DNA from: Eukaryota sp. TZLM1-RC
Taxonomy: Eukaryota > Protista > Metamonada: BaSk clade
Assembly (NCBI GenBank): GCA_040285825.1
Contig: JAUPSS010000004.1
Location: 2,584,550 to 2,648,549, forward strand
Direction: 5' to 3'
DNA: 64,000 nucleotides
Below the pieces are notes generated by a model. It was not told where the DNA came from. It was given only the letters and a program-made list of their open reading frames with translations, and did not search any database. Shown in pieces: positions 12,647 through 25,900 of the stretch. The stretch's first letter is position 1. Every line of letters begins with the position of its first letter. Position numbers and translations under genes: made by a program.

Positions 12647-14024
12647 CTAAATCCAACACTTATAAAACTCAGTGAGTCTTGAATAACGAAAAGCGCACAA
12701 GTGTCTAACAGCACATTCCTTTGTCAAGTCCTTCATTGCTACCCCATTGGTATTCATTCTAATATACTTACCAAGAAGCTCTTCATCATTATTCATTCTT
12801 TTCCACAAATTAAACAATGAATCACCACTCACATCGCGAATACCAAAAGCCTCCCGGGCTGAATGATGAAGTTGCCAGTTTGGTTTGAGCTCCTTATTGG
12901 CCGTAGTGATATTTAAGTAATATTGATGATAATCTAAAACATTACCATTAGTTCTATTGAAAGTAACCAGTCGAACTCCAGGAAAATTACCACTATACAA
13001 CATATTATCATCACTGACCACACTGGGAAGGATAAACAAAGGAGCAGTGGGAATATCATTCTTATCAGCAAGCAACCTCAATGCTTGACTGTGCTCATGT
13101 CCAGCTGCAGCAAAGGCGATCCGCTTTTGTTCTAGGCCGAGATGAAGGGCATCTAAGAATCGATGGTTGAACTGTGGATGAAAGTTCGAAACAGCAGCAA
13201 AGGTGGATTCCACAACCTGTGGTGAGGTAGGAGAGAAAGAGTTAACATACTCCAGGTGGAACGTGAAACAAAAGAATAGCTTTCCTGTCTTCCCTTTCCA
13301 ATCTCTTCATTTGCTCCTCTATCCATTCAAACTGGTGCTCAGGGTCGTGAGAGACGATCGACTCCACATTCATAAGGAAATAATGGTTCTGTGGTGAACA
13401 TTAGGTATTTTAACAAACCGTATTAAGAACTATAACACTAAGCTTATCATTGACATCGTGAACGTAATAACCTCCTTTTTTGAACTGATCGTGTTGGTCG
13501 TGAGGGATATCATTGCCCCACATTTCAAGCACCATGTCGTAAACATAACGAGTGAGGCGAGAGAACTGGTGAGAGGGGTAAACCTTGAATGAGAGGAGAG
13601 TGGAAGGACATACATCGTGATTCCCAAGAACCCAAAGCTTTTTTGTGTTGGAAAAACGGCTATTGATGGTATCAGTCATTTCTTGTAATAACATCTTGAG
13701 AATTTTCTTGTCAAACATGTCTTTGATTTTCATCACAGAGGCGTGTGGGACAATGTCTCCCAGCCAGGCAAGATAATCGGGATTGGGTTCGACTTTGTTC
13801 ATGAAATCTAGAGTAGATTCTAAGAGAGATAAGGGTGTATTGCATTTGAAATTTCCGTAAGGGCCAGCATCTCCAGTACCTTTGTTACAATGGTGCTTGG
13901 GATCCGATCCTACTTTATATGTCCATTGATAGTGAATGTCATTGATGAACCAGATCTTACCAACATCGGAGCAGTGGGCTAATAGAATTAACGATGTCAA
14001 GAAAAACAGAGAATGATGAAGCAT
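12647..14024 (-). CDS. Secreted acid sphingomyelinase-like metallophosphodiesterase (SMPD1/SMPDL3 family), ~427 aa, 4 exons
   Basis: Signal peptide; motifs INDIH, LGDIVPH, GNHD, HVPPG, AGHEH. Exons 14024-13614, 13583-13419, 13388-13251 and 13216-12647 join in frame through GT-AG introns of 30, 30 and 34 nt. Confidence 0.9.
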
Positions 14025-14516
14025 GATCTGAATTATGTGTAATCAAAAAGCAACGGTAAGTGGGTAGTGTGGGAAGGTTTGAGAAAACAAATTCAAATTC
14101 TAGGAAAATGACCCTAAGCAGATCACATTATACAAAAACAACTTTATGCGAACTCATTGAAACAACACGTTCTTTTGATTGAATATGCTACTGTTATCAC
14201 CGAGAAAACTCCTTCAACTGTAACCCTTTCAAGAAAGAAAATAGTTGCGGCAGCTTAAATATCACGTATTATAGTGTTTAATTATCATTTTGCTCAGGCT
14301 TTGTATTTGTATAGATAAAAGAAGTTGTGAATAAGTCAAATTTTTATTGTTGTCTGTCTGATCTTTTCTCGACTGACATATTCACCCCAATAGCAAATCC
14401 AGAGTTGCCACGTACTCCTCTGGAAGGTTAACCGTCGTGAGCAACCAATAAACGACAGCAAGACGACAGTTCCAGCAAGTGCTGCTCAGTTCTTCTCTAC
14501 TGCAGCTCTTGTTACA

Positions 14517-16279
14517 ATGGAAAGACAGTTTCGCTATATTCGAATTGTCACTGTGCTTACTGCCCGGTTAGCACAGCTGTTCGTCCTGCAATATCCGGAA
14601 ATGGCTTTCTGGTTATATCAACAACAGTTTTGGTATCAATGCCAAGACTTTGTAATGGTACCTCATCCCACTGTGACACGCCCATTTGAGAATCATATGG
14701 AAGTGTACCGCGCACTATATGATGTCTCTTTTCGACCTGGCTGGACGTTTCCTCCTATTGGATTTCAGAAGGGAACCGACAACTGGTGCCGCTCTGACAT
14801 TAGAAGCTTTCGCGCACTGCAAATGGCGACAGCCTTTGTCAAATACTTACTGATGGCCCTGTCTCCTGGAAGCTGAACTTCTTCCGGACAATGGCTACCT
14901 TCTTTGAGTGCCCTTGCCCAAAGAAATATGCTTCATTAGTGGTGAACACGACTATTCCTGACTCTTTGCGCGCATGGTATGATGAAGCTCACCATGAGTA
15001 CATAATGGACCTATTTACTCAGCAGGTTGCCGACCCTCATCGTTTTGACGCTATGTTGATGCTGGACAATGTTGATCTCAATCCAGACAACATCACCTTC
15101 TTATTTGCTGCTGGGCTAAATATTGTATCCTTTCTGGAAAATATTGCATCTGACACTATGCGAAGAAATGCCGTGTCCCCATCCCCCAGTTATTCTCCTG
15201 GCTTTATCTCTTTTAGTCAAAAACTGGAAAAGCATATTCTCTCTTTTAATGCCAACCACTGTCTGCTGAAAGATCCGTTTGCATTTTTCAGAAAAAGAAG
15301 TATCTGACTTACACAATCAGTTCAGATGCTGTTTCAATACGCTTCACTTTTTCTTTTGCCCTCAAAAAAATAAGAATCGCCGGACAGCCAGAGAGTTGGC
15401 AAACACCATAGCCAGTGGGAACTCGATATTCCTGCAAAGAGTCGGAAGCGAAACTCTAGACTTCAACAACAGGTTCGTCCTAGGCAACGTCGAAGAACTG
15501 ACGACGCCTATGAGCCTCCGCCAATTGATCCATGTAAATATTCATTTTGTGCAATTGATCCTAATCACAAAAATTTGTTTGGTTATTCAAGTGGATCAAG
15601 AATTGATAATAACAATGTAGATCATCAACTTTCGGGCCTTGTTCTGAATCCAAAGGCAAGGAAGATCATTCACCCACCGGTCCTGACCCATGCATCACCA
15701 AATTGCTATTTTGCTAAGAATTTACACAAATATCTTAATGAAATAGCAATGCCTTTGATGTGGGTACCGACACAGGAAGAAATCAGCAATCCCGACTTCC
15801 GTACGAGAACTATACTAGACCAACTGCTGATAAATGGAGATCACCGAGCCCTGCGCCGCAAGAAGTTTGATTTTTTTATAAGAAGGCAAAAAAGAATAAT
15901 GGGATTTATTGAAAAAATTAAACTAATGGCTAATGGAAGAGAAACCATAATTTGGTTTGGTAATGGAGGTGATGAACCATCAAGACAAGCTGTGAAAACC
16001 CCAAGGAAGCGCTTTTTGAAGAAGATTCAGAAACATTTTAAATATGTGAAGCCTAATGGAGATGAATTCTACACATCTGCCAAAACGAATTGCTGTAAAG
16101 TATTCAATCAAAAGTTGTATCACGATGATGGGAGGGTGAACAATGATAAGTTTGTATGCCCTCAATGTCAGACACTCTGGTCGAGGGACATCTCAGCCTC
16201 TAGAAACCAGTTGGGGATTGCCATAAGTGAGCACTACTACAATGAAAGACCTGAGGCGTTCCGGAGACCCCGTAGATAA
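14517..16279 (+). pseudogene. Fanzor1 RNA-guided nuclease, copy 2 (near full length, frameshifted)
   Basis: N-terminal QQQFWYQCQDFV; TISSDAVSIRF (15313-15345); RuvC-I FCAIDPNHKNLFG (15545-15583, same frame as ORF 15575); WFGNG; RuvC-II DEFYTSAK; Zn finger CC...CPQC; RuvC-III WSRDISASRN; terminal RPEAFRR. Confidence 0.88.
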
Positions 16280-16325
16280 GGGTTTTCCCATGTATTGCGT
16301 ACCTGTACGCGTATTGTGATGTTGC
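16255..16325 (+). ncRNA. Candidate Fanzor omegaRNA scaffold / element right end, copy 2
   Basis: GGG-TTTT-CCC and GCGTAC-CT-GTACGC hairpins just after the stop; shares CGTAGATA and TTTCCCATGTA with copy 1. Confidence 0.45.
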
Positions 16326-19173
16326 TGCTTTAACTATCATTTGATCGTGATATCATATAGTGATATAACTAAAGTATGCTTAACGTCTATCAAGATTGCA
16401 TGAATTGGTGAAAAGCCAGAAGTGCGTTTTGATAGAAATTCACAAAATCAAAAAAAAAGAAAATGACCAAAAACTTATTCAACATTGAACAGATATTCAC
16501 ACTGCACTGATTAATTAATTATCAATCTTTAAGGACGAGTGATTTGACATAGTGATATTTTACCATCATTGTACAAGACAAAAAACAACAAGAAAATCTA
16601 AAGATGAGAACTCACTATTGTTCAAATACGCAAATTGACAACTTTCAACTTTCACCATTCAAGTCGATTGTTCTTGGTTTGTTCATAAAAAGATCTATGT
16701 GAAAATTATCATCACTCACCTTGTTGTTTGAACAAATGATCGAATAAAGATTTACTGATAACTCATAATGTGATTTGAATTTTAAAACCTAATGACATAG
16801 TTTTCAACACAAACACTGATACCAATAACAACTACCACTATTGTAGCTTTACAGTTTATCGGTTATAGGTCTTTTTCACAGCAGCTGTTTGTGTTGAAAA
16901 ATTTGGAAATTTTGATTGCTCGTTGTTGGAAGTTTAATTGATTTACGGTATCCTGTTAAGATTTTCTTTTCACAACACAAATTTTCAATGTAATAGGTTC
17001 TTTCAACAAAACTTATGTACTGCATGCCCGAAAGGGCACACAGTAAATTTAAAATGACATTTCCAATTTTTCTTTGTTCCATTGAATCTTTCATTTATAA
17101 CCTTACAAAAATCAGGTTCAATATTACTAAACTGACGATGTGGAGTTTTAATTGTGTATTTTATGTTTTCATCTTTGTTGTTGAATAACATTTTTTATCA
17201 TTTTATTTACATTACTAAACTATTGTTGACATAATTGTTTAAATAAAAATTGAAATTGTTTTAATCAAACTGCCTGCCAGTGTAAAATTTAAAAACTCAT
17301 TCCTACCCTTCTCTGTTTCAATTAGTCTCAGGACTCAGAAAAACAGGGATTGAGCTCGTCTTGATCTTGAATTATGGAATAATAGATTTTTAAGTTTTGA
17401 TGCATTATGTCTCATGATATGTAAGGTGATTCCTTGGTCGATTTCTTTGCCGTTAAAGGACAATGATCAATTAATGACATGTCGTTTGACCATTACAAAT
17501 TCAAAGTGTAAATGAACAACAACTTAATTATAGTATTTGAATCACATTTTAGTGATAAATTTAAAAACCAAATATCAATGATATCATAGGAGCTTGTTTC
17601 AATCAACCATAAAAACCCAGAAAATGCTGCAAAATTTAAAACTGATTACTCAGAATTATTTGAAGAAAGTGCGCCGTTGCGGAGTGTTTCATGAGCACCT
17701 TTACTTCAAAAAGAATGGAGAAGTGAGAAAGCTTAAACTCATTTTTATATATCCATAATGTGGATATCTTTTAATTATTGTTGTTTTCAACGATTGTTGT
17801 TGTTATTTTACTTCAACGAGGAACTAAAGAACAAACTTATAATTCTAAATTGGGAAAATAGCACTTTTCATCATTCTTCCTTATAAATTTGCAAAAATCA
17901 TCATAACAATTGTTGCTCCCTTCGCTCTTCCGAAGAGCTGAAGACGACAACAGTTTTTATAGAGCTTTTATTGCTTTAATTGCTTGCATAAAGGGGTTTC
18001 GATTTTGTAGAAGGATAATATTCTTTGATGGTACACACATCAAGACAAAGTTACTTTGCCTGATAATTCTGTGATGACAATCGAAAATCCCTCTTCTATA
18101 TATTCAAATACCAAATCAGCCAAAAGAAATTGACTGGAAGTTCTTCCTTTATAAAAACGACCAAGACTAAATAATGAAGAAAATAATAAGGGGGACAACA
18201 CCTTTACAAATTGAAAAAAAACAATTCTGTTGTGTCAAAAGATCTTGTCAAATATTCTTCCTGTAGGTTGTTTTACAATTTCAACAAAATCATCCAAGAA
18301 AGATAAAGCAAGTGGTCAACGCGTGCCATATAGCGAAAAAGAAATTGCAAAAAGGACACAATAAGTATGCGAACCAGCATTGAAGTCCAACTTTGCTTTT
18401 TATTTACCTATTTTAGTGTTTTCGAAACCGACAATGGATTTTTGTGTTTTAACTGAGCTAATGGTATGAAAGAATTATTACACATAACAATGGATAACAC
18501 AACAGTAAAGATAGTGGTTCCTTCAAGACCGTCAAGCATTGAATCACCTAAAATATATCCGCCAAAATAATTAAAAATATATTCATCAGCCAAACGAGAG
18601 AGTAAAGATACTAAAAAGGAAACAATTCTATGTGAAATGAAGAAACACTACAGTTGATCCTTAATTGCATCATTATTTTTGATCGGAAAGTAACAAATTG
18701 TTTACAATTGAACAGATGAGTTGGAGAAACTGTGATCCACATTTGCAAAACAATTTATGAGGCACGTGATCGGGCCAAGTGAAACAACGAAGGCGCGTTA
18801 TACAAGAAAATGAGGTATTATCTAAGAGAAGACCATAAATTTGAGGAATTTGAGATAATAAAAACGGAGAAAAACTGTTGTGGACATCTAATAGGAAAAT
18901 TTGCAAAAGCGGAATTATCATTTTTGGCCGAGCTAAGGCGAAAATTAAAATTTAAGCTTTCAAAAATTATTGTTAATCTTTGCTACAATTTTTTAACACA
19001 ATACCTCAAATTTACTAGCGTTCAAGGTGGAATTTCCTGTATACTATCGGGAAAGCATTTACTCCAATGGCCAGGGGGCAAACAATCAAGAGCAGTTTTT
19101 TTAATTATTGAATAATAATCTAAATAATCTAAATAATCTTATCTAAATAATAATGTAATATTCTATTCGTCAT

Positions 19174-20690
19174 TTGGGTTCGTTTTTAGGAAATAATGAT
19201 GAAATTACCAAAAAATTGTTTGAAAAGTTGGACTCAATTTCCGACAAAATTGACCGAATGATGAATTTAGATATACAAAAACACATCAAATTTACCATTA
19301 TAAGACAGTGTTTTAGTTCCAATTTTAATCATATTTTCGATCTACAAATCCTGTCATCACTAGACTTTTGGCTCAGAAGTTTAATGAATTACGTGCAAAA
19401 GTTCTGTGTCAATTACTGGGATGTAAAATGTTCCAAATTCCAGACCATGCTTATCTAAGTCCACATTATGGCGATTTAGGTTGGGCGAAGGCTTCTATCC
19501 TTACTTCGTGTGCTTTTGTTGGTGAATGCAGAAATGCAATCTTTGAGTTTTCCGAAAGATTTACAGATTGGCAAGCTTTATTGACGACAACCCAAAGTTC
19601 CACTGTTTTTGCATTAAATGAAGAAATTTCAAAAATTGATGCAAAAAGATGGGGTCGATGCTTTCCACAATCATTCAATGGCAATATTCCAGAAAAAAAT
19701 GTTTTAAATTTGAAGTACACGCTTCGAACATTACAGAAACGATTGACTGGAATGTATGAAAAAGATCTTTTTAATAATATATGCAGCTCGTCTGTTTTAA
19801 ATCAAGATCTTCACTCATTGTTATTGGAAAAGGGTGTTTGTGAAAACAAGGCGTCAGATTCTTCACTTTTTGTAACCATTGTACCACGAAGATTTGGATT
19901 GTGTGCCACTAATGAAGCATTTGTAACAAAAAGGAGATTATATTTGAATAGCCCCATTAACCAATTATTATCAAAAGAAAAATGTATTTGTTCGAATTCA
20001 CCTCAACTCACTTTGCGCCATGCTCTAAATTGCTCTAAATTGATAACTTATCGTTCTTCATTACATGATGCTGTTAGAGACACTGTTTTCAATATGGCAC
20101 AAACTGCAAGGATATCGTGTATCAAAGAGCCCCTGCTGAAGGAAACACTTTCTCTGAATAATTTTGGTTCTGATGATAGAGGTGATGTATACTGTGATTG
20201 GATTGATAATTCTGAAGCTATTGTTGACTTTGTCTCATGTAATGTTGCAAACGATACTTTGGTTCACAGAAGAAAACTTAATCCTGTGGCTGCTCTGGAT
20301 TTTAAAGCAAAAGAAAAACATAGAAAATATGATAAAGATATTGAGGAGGCTAATGTCGATAGAAATACACAGCTGGTTTTTATTGCTTTCCCATTTTGGA
20401 TAAATGGAAGATTATCAGATGAAGCAGAAAATGTTTTGAATGACTTCCAAAAAATGGTGCAAGAAAAAACAATGAAAAGATTTGATATTTTTTTATGGCT
20501 TTCACGGATTCAATTTGCCATTATTAATAGATTGGCACGGTTTTTCATTCGAATAAGAAAAGCTTTAGCTAAACAGCAAGTAGATCAAGATTTTGTAGAG
20601 GAAATCTTGGTTCAATGATAGTCGTCCCATTAGTTATGAGTTAATTTAATTAAGTGTGCAAATTCAATAAATCAAAAGTTATGTTATATC
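19174..20690 (+). mobile_element. CRE-like non-LTR retrotransposon, family 1 (RT thumb, Zn knuckle, restriction-like endonuclease)
   Basis: HAYLSPHYGDLG, CICS...HALNC, RSSLHDAVRD, KEP, RGDVYC, VDFVSC, KEKHRKY, FIAFPFWINGRL; AATAAA in a short 3' UTR. A decayed RT region probably extends upstream to ~17.7 kb. Confidence 0.85.
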
Positions 20691-20712
20691 AAAAAATAAT
20701 CTTAAGTTCATA

Positions 20713-22194
20713 ATGTCTCACTCTCCACTGCTTTTCTTATGCCTAACACTACTTGTCTCATTGTCTGTTGCAGCCCCAAAGCATGCTGGGATTCAATCAA
20801 CTCTGTCCAAGCGAGGAATTTCTCATATCTCTAAGACAGTAACAAATGTTCTCCAGCAAGAACTCAAGACTACGGAGATTCCCAAGCAGAAAGGTAAAGT
20901 CAAGGTGTGTTCTACAGCAACTTCACTCAAACAAGAGTCCCGTAGGCAAGATCAAATATGAACTTAAAGACATTTCTATCCAAGATCCTCATTTTGGTAA
21001 GATCGATGTCACTCCTGATGGCAAGGGTCTGGAATTGGCCATTTCAGATGTATCTTGTAAACTGCACATGAAGTGGAAGTGGAAGAGATCCCCTTTGAGC
21101 GATTCTGGCAAGGCTGACGTCAAAGTATCTGGAATGAGCATGACGGTCTCTTTAGATATTGAGCCTACCTCTTCTGGTGGTGTTACTGGACATCTAAGAA
21201 ACCCCCATGCTCATATTCATAAGTATGATTTCCTTTTCCTTACTCTAGATTAAAGATCAAACTTCACGGTGGTGCTTCCTGGCTTTACAAAATCTTTGTT
21301 GATATTTTTTCTCACCAGATCAAGAAGGCAGCAAAGAAATCAATCGAGAGTACAATGAAATCCACTCTGAACCAATTGATCAAGAAATCTCTCTCCACTG
21401 TTGATCCCATCATTGATATTGACCATTATACAGACCTAGATTTTCGTCTGATGAAAGCAGTCTTCTCTTCCAAGGGACATGTCAGCAGTCATTTCAATGG
21501 AAATCTCTTGGAAAAAGGTTCTCTCCATAGGCCAAACCTCGATTCTTTTCCCATGCCTGACTTGATCAACGATCAACATCTTCAGTTATTCATTGGTCAA
21601 TATGCCCTCAACAGTGCTGGTTACCTTTACCATTTGTCTGGTGTTCTTCAAGAAGAAGTTACTGATGATGATATTCCTGAATCAAGTTGGATTCATCTCA
21701 ATACAAATTCTTGGCGTTATATTATCCCTCAGCTATACCAACGCTACCCTGATACCCCAATGGAGGCATTGGTTGCCACTAGGTCCCCTCCTTCTGTTCG
21801 ACTCAATTCTACTGGTTTGACAGTTTCCATCCCTGTCATCGCGAATGTAAGTGTGGCACCAAAGGATGGATCTGAGCATTCTGTTTTCAGTCTCGGCATT
21901 GATGTGGTCGCCAGCACTGATGTTTGGACAGAGAATGGTTGGCTAAAAGGTAATCTTGGGTTGCTTGGGTTTAAATTTGGTATAATTTCATCGGAAATTG
22001 GAAATTTTGATACAAAACAACTCAATAAGGTTGTTGATAATGTTTGTAAATATGGAATTTTACCTTTCCTCAATGTTGCTTTGGAGAAGGGTATTGAGAT
22101 TCCCGTAACTGAAGGAATTGAAATGAAAAATCCGACTATTCAATTTGGAGATGGTTTTATTGCTATTTCAACTGATGTTGACTATCACCCCTAG
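20713..22194 (+). CDS. BPI/LBP family (TULIP) secreted lipid/LPS-binding protein, ~474 aa, 3 exons
   Basis: Signal peptide; GIQSTLSKRGI; the spliced product restores IKLHGGASWLY; IPQLYQRYPD, LPFLNVALEKGIEIP. Introns at 20905-20935 (31 nt) and 21223-21248 (26 nt). Confidence 0.9.
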
Positions 22195-22745
22195 TTATTA
22201 TTGTAAATAAATTTGGAATTTGTGTTATGTTGGAATCTTTTCGCTCGAGATTCGGTAGCTACATGAACACTGCCATATACGATTTTCGATTGACAGAATT
22301 TTTTCATTTTGATGAATTGAATTAATTGTTAACACATTCAATGACAGATAAACCGTAGAATAGTGATTTATTCATAAGACTATTGTTTTGTCGAACTTTT
22401 CCCTTATTGCTTCTAACGAAATATTATTCCGTCTGACATGTTAATTTTCAAAACAGGATTGTTTTCTTTTCTCTCTCTGTTCTGTGACGAAATGAAAATC
22501 ACGCGTTAACTCACTCACAACCGACGGACAATAATTATAAGTGTTTGGCTGATGGCGCAAATCACAGGAAACATCATAATGATCCGCCAAGAAAAGTAGG
22601 AGGCTGACAAAGTTTTCAAACAGAATCATATCTCGTTGTGGGTTCGTTTTTTCGTAGTTTGTAAACTTTTACAAGCTGTGATGAAAAAAGGATTGAAATA
22701 AAAATGTAGCGTTTAAAGAAATATTGCGATACGAATCAAGACTAT

Positions 22746-23190
22746 CTTTGTCTCATGTAATGTTGCAAATGATACTTTGGTTCACAGAAGAAAATTTAAT
22801 CCTGTGACTGCTCTTGATTTTAAAGCAAAAGAGAAACATAGAAAAATGATAAAGAAATTGAAGATGCAAATGTCGATAGAAATACAGAGCTGGTTTTATT
22901 GCTTTCCCATTTTCGATAAATGGAAGATTATCAGATGAAGCAGAAACTTTTTTGAATGACTTTCAAAAAATGGTTCAAGAAAAAACAATGAAAAGATTTG
23001 ATATTTTTTTGGCGTTCACGGATTTAATTTGCCATTATTAATAGATTAACTCGGTTTTTCAATCAAATAAGAGAAGCTTCAGCAAGACAGCAAGCAGATC
23101 AAGATTTTGTAGACGAAATCTTGGTTCAATGATAGTTGTCGCATTAGTTATGAGCTAATTTAATTAAGTGTGCAAATTCAATAAATTCAA
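22746..23190 (+). mobile_element. 5'-truncated copy of CRE-like family 1
   Basis: Close nucleotide match to 20228-20675, including the 3' UTR. Confidence 0.9.
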
Positions 23191-23253
23191 ACTTATAGCA
23201 ATATTTATTTTATTAAAAACTTGAAAATATATATTTGAGACACAAACTACTAG

Positions 23254-24930
23254 TGTTGGCGCCCTTAGGCTTTTATAATATGAATAGAAAAAAAATTAGC
23301 TTTATCTTAACCCACTTTTCCAACCTACGGCATCAATAATTATTGGTTATTCAGGTTTAGTACCAGGTATACAACTTACACAATTTACAGCTATCATACA
23401 GAGGATATCTTCAGCAAATATCATGTCAGTCTCTCCCAGCCAGAACACTGACTCCTTCAAAATTTTTATGCAGCAACATGACAGAGATGCTTTTAGCATT
23501 CATACAACATCAGGAGAAGTATCAGAGACGAATAAAGATGAGGACTCGGACTCGAGACCACCCTCCGCCCCTCCTCAAAGTAAACCCATGGAACCAGGCA
23601 CGAAACCACCTCCCGCCTTTTCCAAGTTCGAAATAACGGAACCAGGCTCGGAACCACCTCCCACCTCTTCCAAGTTCAACAAACCAGAAAAGGTTTCAGG
23701 AACTGAACCACCCCCCTAATCACCTAATCCCCCTTCAGAAACTTCGTCTGTTCTAAAGGATTATGAAAAACTTAAATCCGTTTTGAATGAAATAGACGAC
23801 GAAGAGAAAGAACCTAGTTAACAATTTATGAAGGATGCGCAGGCTCACCTTGAACCAATGGATTATTGTTTGTTCGAGCAGCTCCCTCCTCCTTGGAAAC
23901 AAACCATAAAAAGTGAAAGAAATGTGGGATTCCAGACTCTGGGCCATAAAGGGGACCCTAATAGAGTCTACGAATTCCCTCAAAGCGAGAGAAGAGAAGT
24001 AATTAACGCGTTGGACGCCTTTGTTCGGTTATAACCGAAGATTTGGCTAACAAATGCAATATTTCAATTAATAGAGATGATACAATTGAGTTCTAACCAG
24101 CCAATAACGTATCAAGTAAATCGCTAGGGAGTGCAAATTGTATTCTGTCGTTCAACGTAGGAAGCATTGCGCACCAGGTACATTATAGACATACTCTTCC
24201 CATAATCCCGGGTTTCAACAAATTATTAATAGGGATAGACATGTTAAAAACACTTGGACTTCAGACGAATGATGGTCTTTTCATTAGATTAGACAAAAAA
24301 CGCCGCACTTTGTTAAATGCAGAATCTGAATTCGACTCAAGAATCGCTCAACATTCGATTGGGACCTTAGATAACCAATCATCGAGTCCTTCCGATTTTG
24401 AGGAGCAATTAACTAGATCTGGTTGTGAGATAAAATTAGATGATAATAATAATAAATTAAAATTAACGAATCTACTAGGAATTTTCAGCGATGTTTTTAG
24501 TGAAACTCCAAACAGAAAAGGAATCGATTGTAATCCTCTAACAATCCCCTTTAGAGATGGGAATGCTATAGTACATAAACCTGCTGGACGTTTAAATCCC
24601 AGCAAAATGGAAATAGCAAACAAAATATTTGATGAACTGATCGAAATGGGCTATCCAGTTGAATCTAATTATAAATTCAGCTCTCCTATTGTCTTAGTTA
24701 TATATCCCGACGGCAAGAAAGCCAGGTTAACCGGAGACTTTAGTGGTAAAGATGGAGTGAATGCCCACACGATTTCAGCCTAATCTACCTAGGATTAGTG
24801 ATATTTTAGAATTTTTAAGTAGAGCAAATTACATTGCCACGCTTGATTTAACAAAAGCTTTCTGGCAGATGAATGTAGCTGAAAAGGACATTGAGAAAAC
24901 ATCAATCTCAAATCCAAATATGACAATATC
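23254..24930 (+). mobile_element. Ty3/Gypsy element C, 3'-truncated (putative 82-bp 5' LTR 23254-23335, gag-like, protease and RT remnants)
   Basis: TG...CA segment followed by a Pro-rich ORF at 23423; RT motifs FSSPIVLV...RLTGDFSGKDGVN...LPRISDIL...LDLTKAFWQ, similar to element A. Confidence 0.75.
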
Positions 24931-25369
24931 AAGCCCAAAGATATGGCTTTGGCTAAGGGACTTCATTCCGATTTTTAGTTTGGGGTTATTTGAAGTGGTT
25001 TTTCCACACTTATTTAACAATATAATCTTTTTTTTCATTCTGCAAATTTCTGAACTCTCCACTGATCATTGATGCTTGGTGTCATTGCTACATCTCCCGT
25101 TTCTCTATTCAATGAATCCATCTCCTCTGTTGTTTACACGTTTTCTGCCATATTTGAGCAACTCTTGGATGTGGAAGACTATACATGGGATTTATCATTT
25201 GGCCCACATCCAACAATCACTTTTCATGATTGGAAGAAAAATTGTTTCTAAATCAGAAGCCTCTTTGGAAGTTTCATGATTTCAAAACAAATCATAATGA
25301 TAAGTTATTTTTACTTTTACATATGTACGATTCCTACAAGGTTTTTCAATGATTATTTATGGAACTCGG

Positions 25370-25900
25370 CAATTTAACAAAATAAACTCATAACTAATGG
25401 GACGAAATTCATTGAACCATGATTTCCTCTACAAAATCTTGATCTGCTTGATGTCTAGCTAAATCATGTCTTATTCGATTGAAAACTGAAACAATCTATT
25501 GATAAAGGCAAGTTGAATTCGAGAGCACCATAAAACTCATCAAATCTTTTTATTGTTTTTTGCTGAACCATTTTTGGGAAACCATTCGAAAAAGTTCCTG
25601 CTTCTACTGATAGACTTCCGTTTATCCAAAATGGAAAAGCAATAGAAAGAAATGGTCTATTTCTATCAGCATTATCTTCTTCAATATCATTGTCATATTT
25701 TCCATGTTCTTTTAGCTTAAAATTCTAGAGCATTTACTGAATTCAGTTTTTTTCTTTAAATCAAACTGTCATTTGCAATAAAACAAGGTCTCTTCAATTC
25801 ATTTAGGTTTGTTAAATTCGCAACTTTTTCCCTAATGGGGTAATACACACACAATTTTGTTCCATCAAAATGATACAATATAATGCTGAATTAACATGTT
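25370..25900 (-). mobile_element. CRE-like family 1 derivative
   Basis: Reverse complement matches the 3' end of 19174-20690 and shares an additional ~120-bp 5' segment with 36980-37495. Confidence 0.8.

Noticed and set aside
10438-14516. Left terminal inverted repeats for the two Fanzor elements
   Set aside because: No convincing reverse complement of the TTTCCCATG end was found upstream of either ORF.
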